From contig OX638154.1 in the NCBI GenBank assembly GCA_951804945.1, forward strand, positions 79,112,001 to 79,176,000: 64,000 bases of DNA, read 5' to 3'. Source of the stretch: Podarcis cretensis (lineage: Eukaryota). The translations under genes and the position numbers were made by a program. Under the pieces are notes generated by a model. The model was not told the origin of the DNA, did not search any database, and saw nothing but the letters and a program-made list of their open reading frames with translations. Shown piece by piece: positions 24,083 through 36,219 of the stretch. Position 1 is the first letter of the stretch, and each line of letters starts with the position of its first letter.

Positions 24083-24435
24083 ATAAAGGTAAAGGGACCC
24101 CTGACCATTAGGTCCAGTTGTGACCGACTCTGGGGTTGCGGTGCTCATCTCGCTTTATTGGCCGAGGGAGCCGGAGTACAACTTCAGGGTCATGTGGCCA
24201 GCATGACTAAGCTGCTTCTGGCGAACCAGAGCAGTGCACGGAAACAGCGTTTACCTTCCCGTCGGAGCGGTACCTATTTATCTACTTGCACTTTGACGTG
24301 CTTTCGAACTGCTAGGTTGGCAGAAGCAGGGAGCGAGCAATGGGAGCTCACCCCGTCACGGGGATTCGAACCGCCGACCTTCTGATCAGCAAGCCCTAGG
24401 CTCTGTGGTTTAACCCATAGCGCCACCCGTGTCCC
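24083..24435 (-). mobile_element. Sauria SINE (Squam1), full length
   Basis: GGGACACGGGTGGCGCTATGGGTTAAACC head and (ACCTTT)n tail; TSD GAT(G/A)CTATAATA. Confidence 0.95.
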
Positions 24436-26497
24436 AGATACTATAATAAAAGGACTATAAATCCATCAACTGCTTGTTAATTCTTATCTGTGAAGTTACC
24501 AAAGGGAAGGGAGGACTCTCCATGCCTGAGATAATACTACTTGCCTGGGCGTAATTCAATTCAATTGAATTCAATAGGACTTACTTGAGTAGACATTGTT
24601 AGGTTTGCACTATTCCTTTCAACATTATCCCAACCCAACCTGTAGTGTTTAGAACTCCTTTCTGCAAGTAGCTTGTCCATCACTTGACTCAGGCTTCATT
24701 GGAGATTCTTAGAAATTATGCGTTTCCACACCCTAGTCCGTGTGACACCTGAATTACATGAAAAAGGGTTTCAAAACACGACAGGACATTTTTTAGTGGC
24801 CTTCTCATGATGACTGCAACACATGTTCTTCTGGATTCTTGGTGTCTGTTCTATGGACCTATTAAGGTTTACGAGTTTCTGGAGCTCCATTGCAAGGAAG
24901 GCCATCTCTTAGGGTTCTTCAGCCAGAGCTCTCGTTTCCTGGGATGGCTGAAACTCAGACATTTAGGGCAATGCATATTTTTAAATAATTGATCTGAAGG
25001 CTGCCGTGGAGGTTCGGTTCCTTGCTATTAAGTATTACCTTCCTCCTCGCAATTCCTGGGGTGTCTGGCATTAAAAATGAAACGACAGCTTTAACAGTGA
25101 ATTCTGAGCTTTTGTCATATTGAATAAAAACCTTAATGTTGCTTTAATGGAGGGCGAGGGGTTTTTGGGTGATGTTTATTAAACATATGCTCACAGTTAC
25201 TGCGCAATCTATTTTCCCTGGCAAGACCACAAATGCTCAGAAAACTGCCAGCAGTAAAGAATGTGTGACTGCATTTTTTTTACAATACCGAAGGCTGTAA
25301 AAAAGATAAATAAGCTCTGCTAAACCATTTTAAGCACTCATTTACACAGGCATTTAGTCCCTCTGCGAGAGGTCTCCCTCCTTGTATATTTCAATCCGAG
25401 CCTATATTTAATGCATTCCTATGAAAAATAGTTCCAGCCTTTTCAAACTTGCATTTACATCCCCGAGCACTATCAGATAAACTAATATTAAAAAATGGGG
25501 TTTGATTATTATTATTTTTGCTGGGCACAGCGGCTGAAACAAGCTGCGGGCAGGCGATCGTCAACCATGATTCCCCCTTGCAGATCGAGAGCCTCCCAGG
25601 CTGGCAACCGTCACCTAGTTGTGAAATGAGATAGAAATCCCATTAATATACTTTAGGATTAGCTTCAAGGTTTCATTAACTGTTAATGCCGCCTTTACCT
25701 GAAGTGAGTATGTATCTCACACAGTATATTTACGGCGGTGGTAATGGCTTGCATTGCAATCCCTGCCAGGTATTCCATTCTGGAGACCTGGGGTTTTGCA
25801 CAGAGAAAGAGGAAAGGGATGGGCGGGGAGCAAGTTATTTTAAATGTATGGCTTGGAGAAAAATAAACAGCTGCAAGATGTTAGGAGGTTTTGGCCCTGG
25901 GGTATGACAAACAGAGGCTTGAAATCACCATGGTTTGCCCTGTATAAAACAAACCTCAGCAGTAATGGTTTTTTGTTTTTAAAGAGAGTTCAGCATTCCT
26001 AACTAAAGAAAAGAGATGATTTTATTGGAAATGAATCACAGAATCATAGAATTAAAGAGTTATAAGTGACCCCGAGGGTAGTCTTGTATGTGAGCCTCTG
26101 TGGACATTGTAGGCTTGCCCCCTAGGACAGTCGACACCTGTTTGAACAGGAACAGAAGGGGGCACATGTAATAGATGACTATATAAAACCCTCAATGATT
26201 CAAGGCCTACATATTAGTAGGAAAGTCTCTTTCTATACTGATATGCCGGAGATCAGCGGGGGCAGGGGGCGGGCTGCTGCTTGTGGTCCCACTGATGGGT
26301 GTAGCTTGTGCAGGAACCTGCAGCAAGATCTCATCTGTAGTGGCATCTCAGTTGTACAACTTCCTCTGCATGGAAGTTTAGTATAGCAATTACACTCATG
26401 GACCTTTGCTGCCTGGTGAAGATTTGTTCCATACGTAAGTACATGAGTAAGTAGGTTTTGTAATGTTTCAGGGGAGTGGGAGTGGGTGGTTGGTAAG

Positions 26498-27424
26498 TGT
26501 CAGGGACTGGACTGAGGAGGAATAGTGGGAGCAGCCCCCCTCTTTTTCTGAACCTTCCCAAGGGCAGGAGGACAGTATTGATTTAGAACAGTGGTTTGCA
26601 GAAGGGCACAAGTCCAGAGGGGAAAAGCTGGGAAATACTGGGTGAGGAACAGCTAGGAGAGGAAACACCAAGAGAGAGAGACAGCTGGCAGATTCAGTGT
26701 CCTTGGACAGCATTCCTGACACCCCTTCGCCCAAGACTAGAAGGGCTTGGAAAGTGTTAGAACAGAAAGCACAATGGCAAGAAGCTCAGCTTACCTGACG
26801 TTGGAGTGATGTAGATTAATGGGGACGAAGTGTTAGAATTCCTGCTCCATGATTGCAGTCATGAGATTGTTGTCTATCACATGAGGGTATATGTTTTGAC
26901 TCCACAGAGTGGGAAGTGACGGAGACAGGATGTTTGTGTTACTGTGTTCCGTGAGGTGGAAGACTTTTTCTTTTTCTTTTTCTCTTTGGTGTCTGATACT
27001 AGAGAGAGTGCTCTGTGTGTGTTTATATGCAAATAAAGTAGATTAGCCAAAATGCTGAGTTGTTGAGGTCTGTTACGCATGATGAGCAAACTCTGCGGAT
27101 CCCTAAGTGTGCCGGTGTCGGTTGGCATCGGTTGCTGTGATGTTCGGGCAGAAGAAAGCTTATGAAGCTCCCGAACAATTGACCAGGAGGGAGGGAACAT
27201 GCCAGTCGGGCATGTGTCTCTGCCAGGGTCCTACTCGAGTGTAGGCTGAACTCCTGACATGGAGGGGGTGAACCTTTACTGGGAGCAATGCCATTTTTGA
27301 GAGAGATATACGTCCATTTGTCTCTTGCTGTAATTATTAAAGAAACTCTGGTAAGAAGTCTCCTTTTGTTTGATCTTTTAATCACTGCCACCGGGGGAGG
27401 GTTCCAATACCCTGAAGCCTGACA
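26498..27424 (+). mobile_element. LTR-like element, TGTCAGGGACTGG family (right end uncertain)
   Basis: starts TGTCAGGGACTGGACTGAGGAGGAA; decayed acidic then SPKTRR frame; AATAAA near 27032; candidate end CCTGACA at 27424 with degenerate TSD GTAAG/ATGAG. Confidence 0.55.
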
Positions 27425-28740
27425 ATGAGGTGGTGAAGAGCAAAGTGAGCAGGGAAACATCCCCTAGTAGAAAGTATATAATCTGGCTAGGTGCTTCTTC
27501 TGTATTTTGACGATGAAGGCTGCAGCCAATGCATCATGGGGGCACCAAGTTGACAAAGGCTGATTTGCAGCATTTTAAAATGCCACTCTGTAACCTAATA
27601 GCACTCTGTGCAGCTTACAATAAATTGATCAGGGACGGTGTAAGTGTCCCGCAGTGTCAGTGGAGGCAACTAAGTGTCCAACCGACCAATTTACATTGTG
27701 AATAATTTGCATGATTTTCGGTTAAACATTTCTGGAATACCAGAAGATGGCAGTGAGAAACAGCTGGAGAGCTGAATGTCATAGCAGAGACATACAACTG
27801 CTGCCGCTGGATGTAAAATGATGCTGTATTTATTTCGGAACAAAATGCCATCGATATTGCAGACGTGAGAAAGCATCTAAACAAAAGACACCGTTCAGTA
27901 AATGGCTGCCTTGCTAGATCTCAACGTTGCCCATTTGCATCTTTCATTGGGCCAGAAAAATCATGATTTTTATCCTATTTGTTCAACAGCCAAAAGATGG
28001 AAGCTTATCAGATTTGTCCTGTAAAAGTGACACGGTGCGCCGGATTAATAAAAAAAAGGAGAGAAAAGCAGAATGGTTTTTTTTATTTTATTTAAATTGC
28101 TCACTTTACATATAACGGTGTCTTGTGGAGGGTGTAATGAATTGAAGTGGGCTGTGCAATTTAATTCATTACAGCCGTCAGGCATTCAAATGGTGCTGCA
28201 CTCTATCTGCTTGTGTGCCTCTCTCTGGCCGGTGTGAAGGTGCTACCCATTTATACCTCATTTTGTGAACTACCCAGGTGGTGAAAACAAATAAAGGAAA
28301 AGGTTACAGGGTGGACAGCAAGAGCTGATCCTGTTCCTAGAGGTGTGAATGATGGAATGGGAGAACCAGCAAACAATATACTGCGGCCAGTCATGGGCTG
28401 CAGTGAGGCAGAGAGAAACCTGCTTGGTTAATGAGGCAGCACTGGAGGAAAATCAGACGCTAAAATGCATGTATTGTCTTTCGGGACGTGTAGACAGCTT
28501 GGGTTTAGTTTCACTGTGAATGTGATGGGTACAATTTAGAGAATAGCTGGTATGCACCATGTGGCAGTGTGAATAAATATTGGGCTTCCATGGCTCTGGT
28601 AGATCCCCAAATGTGAATTAGGACTCATATGTTGAAGACTGTGAATGAGTGTTCTTGTAGTGCAGGACCTGGAAGAATATCTTCTTTGTGGTGGCACCTC
28701 AGTTATGGAGCTCTGCTTCCTTGGAAGCACAAACGGCGGC

Positions 28741-28830
28741 AATGTTTGATCATGTTTTTAATATTCTGTTGAAAGCTGCCCAGAGTGGCTGGCGCAACCC
28801 AGCCAGATGGGCGGGGAATAATAATAACAA
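28741..28830 (+). mobile_element. L2 3' tail
   Basis: AAGCTGCCCAGAGTGGCTGG...CCAGATGGGCGGGG plus (AAT)n, same end as 6491-6818. Confidence 0.8.
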
Positions 28831-28835
28831 TAATG

Positions 28836-29114
28836 TTGTTGTTGTTTAGTCGTTTAGTTGTGTCCAACTCTTCATGACCCCAATGGACCAGAGCATGCCA
28901 GGCACTCCTGTCTTCCACTGCCTCCCGCAGTTTGGTCAAACTCATGTTTGTAGCTTCGAGAACGCTGTCCAGCCATCTTGTCCTCTGTCGTCCCCTTCTC
29001 CTTGTGCCCTCAATCTTTCCCAACATCAGGGTCTTTTCCAGGGAGTCTTCTTTTCTCATGAGGTAGCTAAAGTATTGGAGCCTCAGCTTCAGGAACTGTC
29101 CTTCCAGTGAGACC
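28836..29114 (-). mobile_element. RTE-BovB 3' fragment inserted in an L2 tail
   Basis: MRKEDSLEKTLMLGKIEGTRRRGRQRTRWLD; (TTG)n; candidate TSD CAATAATG. Confidence 0.92.
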
Positions 29115-30198
29115 CAATAATGACTTGCAACCAGTCCAGAGATTGGTACTGGCTGTCATCTTCCTTCTCCTTAGCCTCCATGTTGCCTCTTGCAGAACAC
29201 AGCAGCAAGACCCAAATTCAGTCCCTGATGTCTCTTGTTGAAAGGTGGATAGCTTCTACGAGGCAGGGCCAAGCTGAAGATGATATTGCAGGTGCTATTG
29301 CATTTAATGTGTTTTTTAAAAGGAAAAAGATGCAGATAGCTGCTACAGGGGGCCTTGAAAAGGATTGGGAGCATGGTGGGCAGGGAAAGGGAGTTTAGCT
29401 CTTTCACATTACAATGGGGGGAGAACTTTCACAGGCTGCTGCAAGTAAGCCATACGGACTCTCAGCATGAGAAAGATCTCTCATTGTGTCAACAATAGTG
29501 AGCTTCATCTTTTGCCTTGCTGCTTAGTTGAGGCTAGAGGGCAAGTCTAGGCCCTCTGTCCTCCCTTCTCCCACTTTCTGCATTGTTTATTATATAGGGG
29601 GTTTTTTTGTTTTTGTTTTTACCCTTCGCTGGCAGTCAAAAAATGGAAATGAGTTTTCTAGCACCTGAGGGGAAGCTGCTCTTGCTCAGACTTGTCAAGA
29701 TATGGTCAGGGGCGAAAGGTTGAAAATAAAGACAAGGGTATTAATTTGTTGAGCTGAATATATATCAGCAGGCTGCTTCGTCAGTGACATACTCTGCAGT
29801 CATTAGAATATCTGGCAGGTTTGAGTAAACTTGGTGGCAAATTCACCGGTGGATTGAGGTGAAGTTAGGTTCAGAGAGAATGCAAGCTGACTTGAATTGC
29901 GATGTCTTTTCCTTGGTTCTTTAAATGAGTTTATCGTTGCTAAACTTCTCGAAGTTGCTTACAGATCCACATACCAGCACACAGCTTTTACTCTCTCTTT
30001 ATGAGGAAACTCTTGTTGATTTATGTTTAAAAAAAGAAAAAAAGGCTACAGATAGGGCTGTGAACCATTTAAAGGTAGGGGTTTTTTTGGTTTAAAAAGA
30101 ATGATCAACCATCTGCCTTTACATTCATTAATGAACAGCTCCAATTATACATGTTTACATATTGCCAAATCATCAGCATATGTGTCCTTTTTACTATA

Positions 30199-30576
30199 GG
30201 GACGTGGGTGGCGCTGTGGTCTAAACCACTGAGCCTCTTGGGCTTGCTGATCAGAAGGTTGGAGGTTCGAATCCCCGTGATGGGGTGAACTCCCATTGCT
30301 CTGTCCCAGCTCCTGCCAACCTAGAAGTTCAAAAGCATGCCAGTGCAAGTAGATAAATAGGTACCGCTGCACCGGGAAGGTAAACGGTGTTTCTGTGCGC
30401 TCTGGCTTCTGTCACGGTGTCCCATTGCACCAGAAGTGGTTTAGTCCTGCTGGCCACATGACCCAGAAAAGCTATCTGTGGACAAACGCTGGCTCCCTCA
30501 GCCTGAAAAGCAAAATAAAAAGCCCATAGTTGCCTTTGAGTGGACTTAACCGACCAAGGGTCCTTTACCTATTTAC
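30199..30576 (+). mobile_element. Sauria SINE (longer subfamily)
   Basis: GGGACGTGGGTGGCGCTGTGGTCTAAACC head and CCTTTACC tail; TSD TTTTTACTATAG. Confidence 0.92.
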
Positions 30577-30711
30577 TTTTTTACTATAGCATATAAAAGC
30601 AGAGGAAAGGGTGTATTCAGATCCAATGAATGAATAGCACACCATTCCCTTAAGTACAACCAGTGGTGCAGGTAAATAATTATTTTGGACCTGGTTGTAA
30701 CCAGCCTAGTA

Positions 30712-30971
30712 CAGTGGACGCTTGGGCTGCGAACGTGATCCGTGCGGGATGCACGTTCGCAACCTGTAGTGTTCGCAACCCGCGTCTACACATCTGCGCA
30801 CATGTGGGTTGCAATTCGGGGCTTCTGCACATGCGCAAAGCACAAATTAGCGCTTCTGCGCATGTGCGACTGCCGAAACCTGGAAGTAACCCATTCCGGT
30901 ACTTACGGGTTTTGGCGGTCCACAACCCAAAAAAACACAACTTGAAGCATCTGTAACCCAAGGTATGACTG
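30712..30971. mobile_element. pogo/Tigger-like MITE, family B
   Basis: TA|CAGTGGACGCTTGG...CCAAGGTATGACTG|TA; internal TGCGCATGTG repeats. Confidence 0.8.
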
Positions 30972-31220
30972 TAAGCCTGTGATATTACCAGCACCTGCCT
31001 GAATCAGTAGTGAAGTTTCACAAGGCAAAACAATCTAGGCACACATACTGTGTCTTTTTGAATCCAGCTGGTCTTTTTGTGTAGGAAATGGATTGCCATT
31101 AACACAAACCAGAAGGATGTTTGATCCCTGTTTGGAACTGGACAGATGAGATGATTCTTGCGTTAGGGAATATATACATGGCAAGAGCTTGATGTAAACC
31201 AATTGAACTAAATTGCATTA

Positions 31221-31480
31221 CAGTCGTACCTTAGAAGTAGAAGAGAATCCGTTCTGGAAGTCCTTTCAACTTCCAAAACGTTCGGAAACCAAAGTGCGGC
31301 TTCTGATTGGCTGCAGGAAGCTCCTGGAGCCAACCTGAAGCTGTGGAAGCCCCATTGGACATCCATCCGTTAAAAGCTTCCAAAAACAGTTCACAAACCG
31401 GAACAGTCACTTCCAGGTTTGTGGCGTTCAGAAGCCAAAACGTACAAGAACTAAGGTGTTCGAAAACCAAGGTACAACTG
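31221..31480. mobile_element. pogo/Tigger-like MITE, family C
   Basis: TA|CAGTCGTACCTT...AAGGTACAACTG|TA. Confidence 0.85.
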
Positions 31481-31954
31481 TATTGCTTTGTAGATTGATG
31501 TTAAAATATAGATGGAGTGTCCCCTGGCTCTGCTGATGGATAGAAACTGCTCAGACATTATAGGCTTCAGGAAACAGGGCATAAAGTACAGGCTTTTACC
31601 CACTTTCCTTTTGAGATGCCCCAGCTGCAATGCCATTTTATTTTTTTTTGCTGTCAAAAAGGCATCTGGCTCACTGTTGCTTCCTTTCATAGAAATACCA
31701 ATTGCCTGTTTTCGTGCAGCAGACTGGGATGTGTGCTGCACACTGCCAAAAAGAGGAGCAGGGGAGCAGCTGCATTGTGGATAATATCGGGATTCTGTAA
31801 CATGCTGGCCAGCAACCACATGAGAAGGCATAGCATGTGAAGCAAACATCAATATTTTCTCAATGTGCGGAAACATTAGAGGATATGCAACTCAGTATTC
31901 AGCCACAGCAATGTTATAATTAGAAAGAATAACACGAAAGCCAGTGGCGATTCT

Positions 31955-32117
31955 NNNNNNNNNNNNNNNNNNNNNNNNNNNNNNNNNNNNNNNNNNNNNN
32001 NNNNNNNNNNNNNNNNNNNNNNNNNNNNNNNNNNNNNNNNNNNNNNNNNNNNNNNNNNNNNNNNNNNNNNNNNNNNNNNNNNNNNNNNNNNNNNNNNNNN
32101 NNNNNNNNNNNNNNNNN
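31955..32117. other. assembly gap or masked segment (163 N)
   Basis: run of N; content unknown. Confidence 0.95.
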
Positions 32118-32187
32118 GAAGCCCACACACGTTGTTTTCGTAAGAACTTCCATAGACCAAATTTAGGCTATCTACAGTATCTCTATA

Positions 32188-32468
32188 AAGGTAAAGGTAA
32201 AGAACCCCTGACCTCTGCGGGTCATGTGGCCAGCATGACTGAGCCGCTTCTGGCGAAACCAGAACAGCACACAGAAACACCATTTACCTTCCCGCCGGAG
32301 CGGTACCTATTTATCTACTTGAACTTTGACATGCTTTCGAACTGCTAGGTTGGCAGGAGCTGGGAATGAGCAACGGGAGCTCACCCCGTCGAGAGAATTT
32401 GAACCACCGACCTTCCGATCAGCAAGCCCTAGGCTCAGTGGTTTAGACTACAGCTCCACCCACGCCCC
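32188..32468 (-). mobile_element. Sauria SINE with internal deletion
   Basis: (AAAGGT)n tail, head ...CACCCACGCCCC; TSD TACAGTATCT(C/A)TATA. Confidence 0.9.
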
Positions 32469-32506
32469 TACAGTATCTATATATGTATCTATATATCTAT
32501 TTTGCC

Positions 32507-32743
32507 TGTGCAAGTAGATAAATAGGTACAGCTGCGGCGGGAAGGTGAACAGCATTTCTGTGCACTCTGGTTTCCGTCATGGTGTTCTGTTGTGCTAGAA
32601 GTGGATTAGTCCTGCTGGCCACATGACCCGCAAAGCTGTCAGTGGACAAACGCCAGCTCCCTCGGCCTGAAAACGAGATGAGAGCCACACCCCATAGTAG
32701 CCTTTGACTGGGCTTTAACCATCCAGGGGTACTTTACCTTTAC
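32507..32743 (+). mobile_element. Sauria SINE, 5'-truncated
   Basis: GTGCAAGTAGATAAATAGGTAC...TTTACCTTTAC. Confidence 0.9.

Positions 32744-32800
<57 letters not shown>
32744..32800. repeat. (ATCT)n microsatellite
   Basis: direct reading. Confidence 0.95.
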
Positions 32801-33594
32801 GGAAACTTTGATAGCAGCTTCCTTTGGGAGTCACAGATGTAAACAGATATGAGAGGCCTAATGCACTCCCCATCAACTAATACCCAGTGATCTACTGCTG
32901 TGGACTTCTTTAAAAAAGGATCACAACTGAGCTTTGTTTTCAAGTAGGCAAAGCTGTTCAGGAGGAGAAAGTGAGCAACATTCTGACACACGCTCAGAAA
33001 AGCACGGAGGGCTTATTTTCTGCCTGTAAGCGTCCAAATATTTGCAGTAAAACATAAGCTAAATGACTGTCTCCTTCCAAATGTGAGATTTAGCAGCATG
33101 TCTAGAAAAATGCAGGAATGGTTTGCTCATCCATTCTGATTTCTGAGAATTGGGGGAAATGACAAGAGGGCCATTTGTAATGCACTTTTCAACCTCCACA
33201 AGCCATGATAGCTGGGCGAAAAAATATGGGATACCTCTATGGAACAAGAGACGCGTTTCTGGAATGGAAAGCAAAACAGAACGGCAAGAATAAAGGCAGC
33301 GTCACTGCTGCATATTTCACAGGCCATGTCAAGTTAGCAGAAATAACTGAGCTTCAATGTTCTTGTTTTACTGTGGGAAGAATTTGAGTAAGGAGGCACC
33401 AGGAGTGTTGAGTCTTCATCAGAGGGTATATACATCTGCTGCATGTGAACACCACCAGATTAGGTTTCACTTCATGTTTTCTCAGGTTCTGCCCACCATA
33501 TAAAGATTTGTAACGATAAGTAGCATGAGCAGAAATTTGCTACGTGAGCCGCTCTATGGCCCCCATAAACAGCCAAATGCCTGGTCCTCTAAGA

Positions 33595-33730
33595 CAGTGT
33601 TTCCCAACCTTGGGTCTCCAACTGTTTTTGGACTACAACTCCCATCATCCCTTGCTAGCAAGACCAATGGTCAGGGATGATGGGAATTGTAGTCCAACAG
33701 CAGCTGGAGACCCAAGGTTGGGAAACACTG
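33595..33730. mobile_element. fully palindromic hAT MITE (URR1-like)
   Basis: CAGTGTTTCCCAACCTTGGGTCTCCA / TGGAGACCCAAGGTTGGGAAACACTG; perfect 8-bp TSD CTCTAAGA. Confidence 0.95.
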
Positions 33731-33849
33731 CTCTAAGACATGCACACTTCAGTTCTTTGAGCTTTAGTTTCTACTTGCCTAAAGCTGTCACTCAGATCAT
33801 TTCTTGGCCACAAGAAGCCAATGTGATGCCCTTCAGATACTGTTGGGAT

Positions 33850-33995
33850 TAGGGTAGCCATATGTCCTCTTTTTCCAGGACACACCCTCTTTTTTCATGG
33901 TTATGTACAATGAGAGTCGCCATAGAGATCTATAGTTAAAAGTAGAAATCAGCAAATGTGTCCTCTTTTTTGCTTTTCAATATAAGGCAACCCTA
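33850..33995. mobile_element. hAT MITE (TAGGGTTGCC type) nested in an older URR1-like MITE
   Basis: TAGGGTAGCC / GGCAACCCTA; TSD GTTGG(G/A)AT. Confidence 0.85.
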
Positions 33996-34404
33996 GTTGG
34001 AATACAACTCCCATCATTCCTGACTGTTGGTCATACTAGGTGGGGTGATGCAAATAGAATGTCTGACAGTAGGCCCTTTTAAACTGTGTGTGTGTGTTAT
34101 TGTTTTTGTTTCTTATTATGGCATGTATTTTTGTGTTTTTATATTGTAAACCGCCCTGTGATCTTTGGATGAAGGGCAGTACTGAAATTTTAATAACAAC
34201 AGCAGTAGCAGCAACATCTCAGCTTCTGGTTCTGGTCTGCCTTAATGGAGGCAGTTCCCACGACAGCGGGGAGATCATTGGTGAAGGAAAAACAGGCATG
34301 ATTGAGGGTAATTATCCTTGCAAGTTTTCCCCAAGGACAGGGATAGAACTTCTATCCAACATGAACAGAAGTTATTAATATTGCAGTTGTTGTATAAGGG
34401 ATTG

Positions 34405-34576
34405 TTATTTTGACTGGAATGTAATAGAAATTAATAAGATTTTGGAACGCAGAAATAAATCATATAATTTGATATTTGAATGACTGGCATTAGTAATTGT
34501 ATTATAATTTGGTATTGTTATAATGAGGCTATTATTGGATTGTAATTTAAAATTAATAAAAAATATTATTAAAAAA
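34405..34576 (+). mobile_element. probable L1 3' UTR and A-tail remnant
   Basis: AT-rich stretch ending AATAAAAATATTATTAAAAAA; boundaries approximate. Confidence 0.45.
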
Positions 34577-35015
34577 CCCCAACAGCAACACCTGGAGGCC
34601 ACCATATTCACTACCCCAGTCATTGACTAACAACTACTTTACAACCCTCTGTTTCTAGGGCTGTTTGGTCTAAGTTCATTAGCAACTAAAGAACCATAAG
34701 AAGAAAGAGCAGGGCCCCTGAATTTGTCAATCAACACTCAACACCCAGACAACAGAGAGACCAGGCACACAGTCCACCTGGTCCGAGTCACCTCCACTAC
34801 GGTGAGATGTACTGCATTTCTCTTTAAGGCATAGCAATGATTTCTTAATTTTCAACTACTCATATACATCAGCACACACATATTATATGCAGATATGTGC
34901 TCACTCATGCCTTCTTTTTTATGTTGGTTGCCTCTATTCTGGCGATGCATAAGTGACCACCCTAAGAAGGGTTGTGGAAACAAAGAAACCAGGGTATGGT
35001 CTAAAAGCAGATGAG

Positions 35016-35120
35016 GCCACCACCATGCTGAAGCTAAGCAGGTCTATGTCTGGTCAGTAGCTGGATGGGTGACTTCCTAGGGACCACATGTATGACAGGA
35101 AGAAGGTGGGAATATAAATG
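35016..35120 (+). mobile_element. 5S rRNA-derived SINE (SINE3-like) remnant
   Basis: GAAGCTAAGCAGGTCTATGTCTGGTCAGTAGCTGGATGGGTGAC aligns to the 5S internal control region (GAAGCTAAGCAGGGTCGGGCCTGGTTAGTACTTGGATGGGAGAC); ends with L2-type GGAAGAAGGTGGGAATATAAAT. Confidence 0.7.
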
Positions 35121-36019
35121 TATGGGGGGGAGCAACTTAATCCTGATTGCTTTTGTCTGAGGACAGCTCTAATATGACCCCTTGAATACATGTTGCACAA
35201 TGTAAGAACCTGCAGGCAAAAACAGGGGCCAAGAATCTAACCAACCTCAAGGAGGGCTTTCAAGTAGAAGAATGTGTAAATCTCTTCCTTCCATCAGTCC
35301 ATGTTGTGCTTTCATGATCGTATATTACAAATCATCACCAAAAGCATTCCCTACTGTCATTAAGACTCCATCTTTCAGAAGAAAAATCCTTTGCCTTGTC
35401 ACCGTATTTTAAATGCCAGTTGGGGAAGGCCATGAGAGATATCCAATAATCAGTATGTGAGGGAGTGTGGGATTCCGTAATAAACCGAACCACTTATCTG
35501 AACCATTTTCTCATTCAGTATATTGGGCTAGATTTTCAAAACATGTCATTTTCAAAGCATTTAGATCCCCACAGGTGAATGAGCATACTTTCTCGCATCG
35601 TGAAATTGGCCCTGTGGAGGACATCAAGAACCAGTTTTGTGTCCTTTAGAAAGACAATAAACAGTCAAGTTTTACTTCAGGGTCACACCAGCTCACTCTC
35701 TGATCTTCCTGCTGCCTCCATCCTCCTTTTTGTGATACTGTTGAAGTCTTCCTCCTCGCTTCCCTTTCTCTCTCCTCATGCTTCTTTTCTTCTCCTTCTG
35801 CATGAGCTGTAGCAGTATCAACAGTTTTCCCACTGGCCCATTCAACTCCTTCTCCTGCCCTAGTGTCTCCTGCTGAGGAAGAGTTCAGGGGGAGTCAACA
35901 TCCTTTCAGCAAACAGAATCAAACCCCAACTGCCTTTGGTAGCATGGAGAGAAATTTGTGACCAGGTCCCCAGTGGTGAAAGTTTAGCTTGTGGATTCGA
36001 AGGGAAACCTGTGTTTACA

Positions 36020-36219
36020 GAGGACCCTGATGCTAGGCAAGATGGAGGGCACAAGGAGAAGGGGACGACAGAGGACAAGATGGTTGGACAGTGTTCTCGA
36101 AGCTACCAGCATGAGTTTGACCATGCTGCAGGAGGCAGTGGAAGACAGGAGTGCGTGGCGTGCTCTGGTCCATGGGGTCACCAAGAGTCGGACACGACTA
36201 AACGACTAAACAACAACAA
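36020..36219 (+). mobile_element. RTE-BovB 3' fragment
   Basis: TLMLGKMEGTRRRGRQRTRWLD...KSRTRLND plus (CAA)n. Confidence 0.95.

Noticed and set aside
35030-35090. 5S rRNA gene
   Set aside because: Partial, diverged and followed by a LINE-type tail
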